From positions 22,196,001-22,260,000 of the forward strand of contig NC_043015.1 of NCBI RefSeq assembly GCF_006345805.1: a DNA stretch of 64,000 nt, in the 5' to 3' direction. Made by a program: the position numbers and the translations under genes. The notes under the pieces were generated by a model. It saw only the letters and a program-made list of their open reading frames with translations, had not been told where the DNA came from and made no database searches. The first letter of the stretch is position 1. Each line of letters starts with the position of its first letter. Positions 53,403 through 64,000 of the stretch are shown here, piece after piece. The DNA comes from Octopus sinensis (lineage: Eukaryota).

Positions 53403-54745
53403 TTTATATTGATTGTTGACAAATTCTATGGCAGGGATGCGGCGGGGTTTGAATAATAAAACATTTCTAGGAGAAAGAAATAGAATCATTACTGCTATGT
53501 ATTAAGGAAAAAAAAATAATAAGTATCACATAAACAGGCATTGATAGAAAACGTTATACACGATTAAATACATTTAGCTAAATATGGTTATAAAACATGG
53601 TGTCAGTATGATTTTATTTATCATCTCAAAGAATTTGAATTTCTGAAATAAAAAATATAAAGATTTGAGGAAGAATATTTTTCTGGTTCATCATGACATT
53701 TACCACGTTAGTTAAAATCTTTGAATTACTGTTTCACAATAGAGAATTTCACGATTTCCTCGTATCTTTATTTATTAACTTTACATGGCCGCTGTATAAT
53801 TTTATCATTTTCATTCAAACGCTATTATAATTAATACAATTGTTTTTTTCTCGTAAAATTTAAATTAATTACTTATTGAAAGATTTACAATATTTCTATC
53901 CGATTGTGGATGTAGGAATGATATCAAAAAACAGAAGAAGTAAAAAGAAACAAGCGTAAGTAAGGAGAGGGTAAGTGTTGCCTGGAATACCAGTGTTGAT
54001 GTGTTAGCAAATCTACAGTTTTAAATCACTATGATGATCACGGTGCTTTTAAAAGTCCCTAAGAGTTTCGCCCATCCCACAATTATGCTATTTTAAGTTA
54101 TCTTAAATCGACAAAAAAAAAATAATATCAAATTGTTTTTTTCTTTAGCAAATATATGAAGAAATGAACAATTTCACTAGAAATACAGAAATACACAAAT
54201 AGATAGTGACGGAGTGAAAACTAGGGTATTTCATTTAAATATGTAATATATAATACATTATGAAAAACGAAATTCTAAAATGAGTTGAAAAAGAAGTTAG
54301 TGAACTAAATTCATCAAGAAGTAAACATCATACTCAACAGGGTCTCGAAAATAAAAGAAAGCAAGAGAACTCCATCTCGTATGAGTAGGTAAGTTTGAAC
54401 AAAATTGAAGCGGAGCAGCAAATCAGATAACATCTTTCTTCACCAGTCTATTATTATTTACTCATGATATAGTAGCAAGGAAAATAAAATAAAATCTTAC
54501 AACAAAAACAACGGCAAAATATGTAAATATGATAAAATATAATGAATAGCAAAGAAAAGAAAGAAGAATGTATTTTGGAAATATGCAGAAAATAGCATTA
54601 AGAGGTTACAATGGTCGAAGATATGTTCAAGTCTGGGCGTATTAGCTATTCAAATAGAATAGAAATAGCGTGACTTCGTATTAATGAGATACAGAAATGA
54701 ATGAATGTACGTGAATGTATGTTTGTATGTGTGTATTTATGTTTG

Positions 54746-54777
<32 letters not shown>

Positions 54778-55398
54778 TGTGTGTTTATATGTGTGTGTGT
54801 GTGTGTGTGCGCGTATTTCTGTGTGGGCATTTGTGTGGTACGCGTATTGGTTGGGAAGATAGAAAGTTTATAGACAGACGGGCTCGATGTTTCATTGGAG
54901 ATGTTGTTAGTTTTGTTGTTGTTCTTTTTGTTGCATAGTAGGGATATAGATTTAAAAGCAGACATAAATTATTTTTGGGTGTGTGTACATAAACTGGAAT
55001 GCGTATATTATAAATGTGGGTTTTGAATATGAAGCGAAAACAATTTTTTTCTCGAATAACTGAGTTGCTACTGAAAAGTTTTGGAGATAGCGATAACAGT
55101 AAAGAGAAGAAAGATTAATATACAAGCACACACAAAAACACACGCGTTCACACACACACACGCGCACACGTTCACACACAGACACACACAGACACATGTT
55201 TGTGTATGTGTATATATGCATGGATATATTTAAATACCTGTGTTGGAGTATGTGTCTGTTGAGTTTGTTTTTAGTGAGAGAATGAAACGAAGACCATTTC
55301 TCTCCCACTCACTCTTTCTCCCTCTCTTTCTTTCTCTCTCTCTAACTCTCCCTTTCTCACCCTCTCGCTTTGTATACACACACACACACACACACACA

Positions 55399-55456
<58 letters not shown>

Positions 55457-55990
55457 ATATATATATATATATATGTATACATACATATATAAGTTATGAT
55501 ATGATGGAAAAAATATCAGAAGAATCCAACAGACGAGGAAAGGAGACAGAGTAACGGTGAAGGAAAGATGCGAAGGAAAGAAAGGTGAGCAGGTAGATGA
55601 AGGTGAAGGAGAGTTTACCTGATAAGAAGACAGAAAGAGAAAGATAGAAAGGGCGAAAGATAGCAGACTAATATAAATATGTAGGGTAAGAACAGAGATA
55701 AGAGCATATGTCAAACAGAGATTAAAGGTGATATCAGTCAAGCGAAGGAGACTTTATTATAAGCATGCGAAAGATTGATGGAGCGTCAACCAGTTTCATT
55801 TTCAGCTCAAACAGCTGGCCATAAATTCCGAGAAATGTTCGGCCAGGCTATCGGTGACGTGCTTAGACCGTCAGAACTGATTGTTAGGTGAATAATACAA
55901 AGGTATCTACTCAAAGCCACAATTTTTCTTGAAACCATGGTTGCTATGTAGCATGTGAGCGTATGTGCATGTACACACACACACATATAC

Positions 55991-56038
<48 letters not shown>

Positions 56039-56082
56039 ATATGTATATATATATTATATATATATATATATATATGTTTATG

Positions 56083-56116
<34 letters not shown>

Positions 56117-56890
56117 GTACACATGTATGTATATATATATATGTATATATATATATTATATATATATATATGTATATATATACATATACGTAACATTCCG
56201 TATGTATGCTAGTGTGTGTTTCTTCTTCCCATTATATCTTTTTCATATCCTTACAACATGCCTATAATGTTATCAGTAAAGACAATGGCAAAAAGAAAGC
56301 CGTATGAGTACGCACACACTCAAGCACACACATACATACCCACACATGTGCATATACAGCCTCAAACATGAGCTTCTATATGTGTTTATATGCTTACGGA
56401 CATATTATCTTATGTGTATATACATAAATATCCATGTGTGAATATTTATATTTATAAACATATAAATATATATATGTATGCATCCACACATATATATGTA
56501 TGCATCCACACATGTGGATACATACATACGCGCGCACACCCACCCACACACATATGTAGGTACACGCACACATTAACCCACACTTGTGTACGAGGTTATT
56601 TATTGGTGGCCAAGAGAACGTTTCTATGTTCCTGTGCGTCTCTAACAAGGCATTAATCATTTCAAGCTAAAAATAAAATATAGGATCAGATAAAGAAACA
56701 GAGCAAAGTTGTAAGAAATTTCAGTGAATTACGTGAGAGAAATTCATAGCTACTGATAAATAGAAATTTTAGGCTATATTAAAACTCAGCGAAAATTTCA
56801 TCTGAATACCAATGTAGATTTCCTTAACAAGTGCACCTGTATATGTATAAATGCACACACACGCGCACATACACACTCATACACACTCAT

Positions 56891-56921
<31 letters not shown>

Positions 56922-57058
56922 CATATATATATTTATACCCTCATATAAATGCATACATGTGTGTGTATGTGTATAGTGTGTGAATATATATATATATATA
57001 CATACATGCATATATATATACAAATATACATATATTTATATATAATTATATATACTCA

Positions 57059-57124
<66 letters not shown>

Positions 57125-57824
57125 AATATACATATATTTATATACACATACATATATAAATGTATATTCATGTACGCATATATGCAAAAACATATATATA
57201 CATGGATACGTATGTATACACTCACACACACACAAACACAAAGAGAGAGAGAGAGAGTGTGTGTGAAAGGGGGGAGACAGAGAGATAGAGAGAGATTTAT
57301 TCACCTGAAATTAAGTATGAACCATATTAATTTTATCAAATATTTGTTTTCAATATGTTTCGCTATCAGTTTCAATTTTTGGTTTGTGTTTTTGCAGCAA
57401 TTCTTGGCAAATGTAATTCAATTAATGAACTTGTAATTCCATTTAGCGATGCCATATAATCATTTCGAAACAGTTATACTTACAAATATTAGTCGAAATC
57501 TAATTAAATTTTATGTTACGAAAAATAAAATATGATATATTTGATTGCACTTATAAAGAACCAAACGTTCTCCATCCCTTTCTTTCTCCCTCCTTTCCTC
57601 TCTAATTCTTCCCCTCTATTTAAACTAATTCTCTCTTCCTTCTCTACTCTTTCTCTTTGTCTCTCTCTCTCTCTCTCTCTCTCAAAGAACTTGAACTGAA
57701 CTAAATAAAAAAAGCAGTACTTATCCTAACGGCACATCTGTGAAATATTTCAAAATGTTAATGGGAGTGACAAAGATCGAGACCTGATTCGATCTCATGA
57801 CTCACTTACCGGGAACGCTGATCG

Positions 57825-57950
57825 TAGTCGCAGGCATAGCGCTGTGCTTATGACTTTCTCTTCGCAACGACGAGGTTTCGTGTTCAGGTCTAGTCCTATG
57901 CTGCAGAGCCTAGCGCATGTGTCTCTTCTGCTATACCACTGGGCTGAACA
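57825..57950 (+). mobile_element. Old tRNA-derived SINE head
   Basis: GCATAGCGCTGTGCTTATGAC...GGTTTCGTGTTCAGG...GTGTCTCTTCTGCTATACC resembles a recalled octopus SINE; heavily diverged. Confidence 0.35.
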
Positions 57951-58529
57951 ATGCGAACACAATCTTTCGTCGGGTCATATGATGTGACAGCTTTGTACAG
58001 TAAAATATAATTGCTCGGGGTAAAGGTAACCGTGATGACGTTTGGTGAAATGTTGCAACGTATTTTATATTGCTTGGTGTATACAATAAAGTCTTATTCC
58101 TTGTTGTATATTATCAGTCTGTTTCTTCCGAAGCTGTAACGAGCAGCTGAAGAGAATTTTGTGTACTTCTCGTTGAAGGTCAGATAAAAGAACGAACGAT
58201 CTCTGGTTAGGTGCAATTTAATTCAGCTTAATTTGCCGAGAGCAGAAAGAGTGTTACACTGGAATTTCAAGCACCGCCGGATAGAAACTTCTCTGTTATA
58301 AATATTCACATAGAAGTCAGCATATATTCAGCAACGCTTTAGTGATTTGTTTCTGGTTGAATATATAATATATGTCGTTGTTAGGTAGGAGTTGAGGTGG
58401 TATATGTGGGAATGTTTGGTTTTACTTTATTTTCCAGGTTTATACTTCCGGTGGTCCGGTTTGCTTGACATATTAATGACCCAGTATAGTCGTGAAAGAG
58501 ACGCCGGTCGTTTGAAGCATTCAATACCT

Positions 58530-58689
58530 GTAATCGATTGCGCCAACTTCATTAATTGATTGGTACTTTAATTTATTCACTCCGAACAGATAATGGCTGC
58601 CCTCGGTGGGATTTGACCTCAGAACTTAAAACCCAAGAAGTAATGTTATTTAGCATTTTGATAACGATTCTGACACCTTGCCGCCTTTT
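58530..58689 (-). mobile_element. Octopus tRNA-derived SINE, diverged
   Basis: Minus strand AAGGCGGCAAGGTGTCAGAATCGTTA...TTCTGAGGTCAAATCCCACCGAGG...TAAATTAAGTACCA; same family as 40123. Confidence 0.65.
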
Positions 58690-59275
58690 GGTCTGGTATG
58701 AATTTATCAATAACTAATTTGGCATGCTTATACAGAAAAATATCAGCTCGGTATTGATTGGATGTGCAGCAACGTAGCTACCGTCTCCTCGGCATTTGGC
58801 GCATTTGCAGTTTCATCCGTGTTTCGATACAATGAATAATTTTATATTTTATCACATTTGCTGCTGTCAGATAAGCTTTTAACCATTACTTATATTTGGA
58901 CAAGCTCGACTCTGCGTTCTTGAAAACGTTTCGAAAGGAATGTTCACGCCAAAAGAAACTATATTTGACATTCAAATCAAACTTCTATATGATTTCGGTA
59001 TCACACACCTCTTGGTAAAGACAATTGCGCGGTACACGTTTCAATTTGTATGATGAAATCCACAGAACGAAAAAGTTTTTTGGTGAGAGTTGTTGGCTGC
59101 GCCGAAGACAATAGTGAAGATGGTGATTGAACATTTTCTGGGTTAAATGTAGCAGTCTTCGACTGAGTACTGTGCGGTAGAGTAAATTAGTTTGACGTTA
59201 TGCTCATCGAATAATTAATGTAGTTTGTGAGGTATAAAGCTGGTAAAGGAAAAATGAATATTTCAGTGGTGATGC

Positions 59276-59300
59276 ATCTATCTATCTATCTATCTATCTA

Positions 59301-59347
<47 letters not shown>

Positions 59348-59372
59348 TTACATATCTATCAATCTATCTATA

Positions 59373-59415
<43 letters not shown>

Positions 59416-59417
59416 TA

Positions 59418-59452
<35 letters not shown>

Positions 59453-59543
59453 CATCCATTCCTCCCTCCCTCCAGCCATCCCTCCCTCCATCCTTCCCTC
59501 CCTCAACCCTCCATCCATCCATCCATCCATCCATCCATCCATC

Positions 59544-59575
<32 letters not shown>
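59276..59575. repeat. Compound tetranucleotide microsatellite (TATC)n-(TCCC/TCCA)n-(TACA)n
   Basis: Directly visible. Confidence 0.95.
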
Positions 59576-61598
59576 CTTACATACATACGCATGTATATAT
59601 ATATGAATGTATACACATACATTAATATATATATATACATATATATACATAAAAATTCATACATATGTTAGTATACACGCATGTACATATTTAAACATAT
59701 AATTGTAAATATATAATCAGAAATATAAATAAATAAACCTGCCTGTATATGCATACATGCACAGACACGCACAGATATATGTAGATGTATGTGTGTGTAT
59801 ATTTGTGTGTGTGTAAAAGAGAATATGTAGATAGCGGCAATGTTATAGGGAGAGAGTGAGACTCAAAGATAGAAATTGATTTTTTATTCCTGGTCTCCTT
59901 GTGGAAATCTTACAGCTAATAAATTAGATATTTAACTTGGGTCTCACCGCAATCCTAGATTATAATTTTGATATTTTTTTCACAAATTCCACACGCAAGG
60001 GAAAAACGTGATTGAGATGCATAACGTATTCAGCCATCAGAGACACTGTCAGGTAAGTTCATAATTATAGATCAATATATTTTTCATGTGTTTCATATTC
60101 CTTCCTCAGTTAATATATTAGTTTTAATATAAATCTTCGCACTGGCCTACTGCATATTTCTGCTAATATAGGGCATCCTGTATGAGTGATACCTATGACG
60201 ATAGAGATATGAGTGGTGGTGTTGGATTTATTTTGCTATTCATTTAGCTTATGTTAACGATGAGTAGCAAATTCTTTTGTTTCATTCCATTTAAGTCATG
60301 ACCTTCCTCAATAAAATCTGAACTCAAGATGGTCAAATACTACTGCTACACAGTGGAGTTTGCTAACTAAATTTATAAATGCTACATTCTTATGATTATC
60401 GCTTCACTGCTTTTATTCGTATAGTGTATAGCATCTCAAATATTGGTTGGTTTGTTTGGGTTCCTTCGCTTTTCTATACTGTGTTATTTTGTTGCAAAAT
60501 CCTTTCTTCAAACTTCATGAATGATGTTTTGTTCCTATATTTACATAATTTGATTATCTCAGAGTACTTTGCCATTTTATCACGTTTTCGCTGGATTTGA
60601 TTATTTTGAAGGTTTCATCTAGGCATGGATTGCTTGTTATACGGTGCAGCATATTTTAATACGGACCAGTTGGTCGTATGTTTCACTCAACTCTGTTTTA
60701 GTCTGCAGACGAGGTTCGTTAGAGATGTGGGGTATCTTTTATATATATTCGAAAATAACGAGAGATGGTTTCTCAGACGCGTTCATGGTATCTACAGCAT
60801 TACCAGCGTACGGATATTTCTGCGTGTCTGTCTTCACCCCATATTTATACATTACATTCCTTATCATGCAGTTGTTGTTAAATCATTACGTCTCCACCTA
60901 CACATGATATTTTTCCTTTTCTTTTCCAGGAGATATTATTAGTGGTCCTCTTTCTTCTACTACCAGTAATCATGCACACATTAACCTTACGCATGGATTG
61001 CACCTTTAGCTGTGTAATGCTGTTTGGGTGTGTTTTTGCTATTGATGAGTTTTTATTTCCCCCAACTTTCCACCATTTTATTCATATATACAGTGTCAGT
61101 TGTTACTGAAGAGGTCACTAGAAAAAAGGAGCATTTATCAATTCAGTTAACAAACCCTACTGTATAGCAGCAGTAACTGACCATCTGTTCAGTATATATT
61201 GAAAATAGTGATGCTTTAAATGAAATCAAACAAGAGAATGTACACCTATCATTCAAATGCGCTGATTGAATAGCAAAGTAATTCATACTCCACCATACAC
61301 ATCTCCATCCCCATATACTGTTCTTCCTATAACTATTCCCATTACCCTCTACTCCTCCCCACCAAATGCGGACAGAAATACCCACATATCTCGTTTGACC
61401 TACGTCATGGTAAAAAGGGAAAATATCCCTCTGTGGGGGTCATCCACTGATGTTATAGCCCCTGAAGAAATGAATCAATGAGGATGATCAACAGGATGCC
61501 TAAGGATGCTACGGACGGCACTGTGATCATACCAGTAATATGGACTGTGATCATGACTCATGTGATTTGTGGATACGTGCGTAGCGATGTATCTTAGG

Positions 61599-61682
<84 letters not shown>
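61599..61682. repeat. (ATT)28 microsatellite forming the 3' tail/target of the adjacent retrotransposon
   Basis: Directly visible; abuts the element 3' UTR. Confidence 0.95.
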
Positions 61683-61683
<1 letters not shown>

Positions 61684-63472
61684 TATGTTTGACTTTTGCT
61701 TTATATTTGTACAAGTTGGCTCCAAATCTCACCCAGAGACCTCAAGAGGCAAGAGGTTGGAAGTTCGTATTGTTGTAATGCCTAGTGTGCCATATATTTG
61801 GTTTTGTATTTAGTGTTGTACTAGTGAATGCCTGAAAAAAAACGAAAGTTATGTTTGTTTTAAAACTTGGGGTTACATAGAAAGTATTTTGCGTAGGATA
61901 TAAGCAGTTCTCATGAGCACTATCTTTTGAATTTCTGCCATTTTGGGGTCTCCCGATATCTGAGTTAGGTAGCGATCAGCCCATTTTGCTATTATTCCCA
62001 GGGCACCTATGACAACAGGTATTGTTTTAGTCTTCAGGTTCCACATTTTGCTGATTTCTATTTCAAGATCTTTATATTTGCTCAGTTTTTGGTAGGTCTT
62101 GACAGATACGTGTATATCGATTGGGACAGTCATATCAATGAGGAGGCATGTTCTTTATTTGAAGTCTTTCAATATGATGTCTGGCCTATTTGCATCTATG
62201 TTTCTGTCAGTTTGAATGGGGAAGTTCCAGAGGAGTGAAATGTGTTTATTTTAAAGCACTAGAGGTGGTTTGTGTTCCCACCAGTTTTTTTCATGGGGCA
62301 AATCCAGGTTTTTGCAGATTACCCAGGGAATATATTGTGCAGCTCTATCATGCCTGTTGAGATACTCTGTAGGCGCTAGAAGACTGCACTTGGAGATAAC
62401 ATGATCAATGGTTTCATTTTGTTGTTGACATACACGACATGTTGGGTTACTGCCGTTCTTTAATATGTTGGCCTGGTAGTTCCTTGTTGATAGGCATTGA
62501 TCTTGAGCTGCTTTGATAAACCCTTCCCTTTCAGATTTTAAGCCAGAGGCCATTAGCCATTGATGGGTCAGGGCTTTGTCAACATCTGCATTATTCGCTC
62601 TCTTTGGGTATTTGCCATAGAGAGGTTTTTCTTGCCATTTATCATTCAGAATATCTAAGGCAGCAGTTTTAGCACGGGTTTTCATGCGTTTAGATTTTTC
62701 TGTGGTTGTTTATTGTATGTCTAATACCGAAATTTGTTGTATTCGGAATTCACTTAGATATTCCTTTGCCTGTTTTGTTACTGAGTATGATGCTTTCTTG
62801 TTTTCATGTTTTGAGACAAGTTTTAACATCCAGCCCTCAGAGATTTTCAGGTAGGTGTCTAGGCCAATTGTAGCAATCTTCATTGTTATTGCCAGTTGTA
62901 AAAGTCCACGGCCTCCCTCTTTTCTTGGCAGATAAAGTCGTTCTATATCTGCCTCAGAGTGGTGCATTCTATGCATTGTCAACAGTTTTCGCATTTTTCT
63001 GTCAAGATTACATATTTCAGTAATTGACCAGTTAACGATATTGAAACTGTAAGTCACGACTGGTATGGCTAAAGCATTGATCGCTTCGATCCTGTTTCTC
63101 GCATTCAGCGCTGTCTTGAGTATTGCTCTTACTCTGCGATAACATTCTCTCCTGATCCTTTCCTTCATCACTGAATGCTTTATTCCGTCCCCTTCAATTA
63201 CCTCTAGGTACTTGTAGCTCTCCGCTGGGTCTAATTCTTTTATGACATTCTGCTGGTCAAGGTTAACGTTAGATGTTTCTGTCATTTTTCTTTTGAAAAA
63301 TGTAGCTTTTGCACATTTATCGAGGCTAAATTGCGTTCTGATGTCATCGCTGGATATTTAAACAATCGTTTGTGTTGATGGTCATTTTTGGCAAAGAGCT
63401 TTAAATCATCCACGTAAATGAGATGATTTATATTTTTATCAAACATTTTATATCCGTACTGCGCGATTCATT
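61683..63472 (-). mobile_element. 5'-truncated Dong/R4-clade non-LTR retrotransposon (RT C-terminus, CCHC knuckle, restriction-like endonuclease), degraded
   Basis: HLIYVDDLKLFAKND (YVDDL at 63402-63416), YKYL, RLYLPRKEGGRGL, CRVC...ETIDHVISKC, RHD, NRPDIILK..IDMTVP...KLSKYKDL, IPVVIGALG; several stops and frameshifts. Confidence 0.92.
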
Positions 63473-64000
63473 GTCACAACACACGAAATTTTTACATCAC
63501 CAGCATCACCATTATTATTATCATTATTATTATTATTATCATCATCATCATTAATTTTATTGTATATTATACATATACGTGTGTGTTTTTATTTATGCAT
63601 GTATGTATGTATCCGTATAAGATTAAAATAGCCATCTGTGTATCATATTTAATGGAGACACACTACAAATAGCTCTGGACCCTATAAGTAGCAGAAAAAT
63701 AGTCGTCCAGAAGCGGTAGCAGAAATGCTGGAAGTGCAGTTCTACCTCCTCGGGACTTGTCTGTAATATGTATTTCTCTAGCAATCTGCAGACAATTTTC
63801 GCAGTCAGTTTGTTTTTGCGTGATGTTTCAGCAGTGACTATGATACACTTATCGCTATTCTAATCTAGTGCATTTTCTTTTACATATTAATAATAGCCGG
63901 ACAGCTACATATAGCACCAGAGAGTTTGCAATAATTTCTTCCTGTAAGAGTAGCAAATGATATTACCTTGCCGTGCGGCTGCTGCTGAAAGAGCGCAGTG

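Noticed and set aside
60379-61560. Short ORFs that might be exons
   Set aside because: No recognisable domain or consistent splice pattern; cannot be supported without homology or RNA data.

Overview
Eukaryotic, AT-rich, microsatellite-dense genomic DNA. It is very probably an octopus (inferred from the SINE families, the microsatellite load and the cephalopod-type expanded 18S). No intact protein-coding gene could be supported. The dominant feature is a 16.9-kb GC-rich island (about 8246-25166) made entirely of nuclear rDNA pieces in both orientations, with no complete unit. In order: 18S 5' scrap (+), ITS1 repeat (-), 5'ETS scrap (-), ITS1 repeat (+), then a native-order run of 28S 3' part, 3'ETS, IGS, promoter, 5'ETS and 18S 5' part (+), then a second IGS variant (-), and 28S 5' part, ITS2, 5.8S, ITS1 and 18S 3' part (-). 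The most striking detail lies at the start of the IGS: a duplicated relic of 28S domain IV that is broken at the R2/I-PpoI target site. The 141-bp IGS subrepeat that follows appears to descend from the same 28S segment. The flanks hold decayed mobile DNA: a Tigger/pogo transposase, an RTE-type LINE, a Dong/R4 RLE retrotransposon bounded by (TAA)n, Helitron-like and MITE elements, tRNA-derived SINEs, and Penelope-type minimal hammerhead ribozyme motifs. Comparisons with rRNA or repeat consensus sequences not present in the window were made from memory, not by database search.
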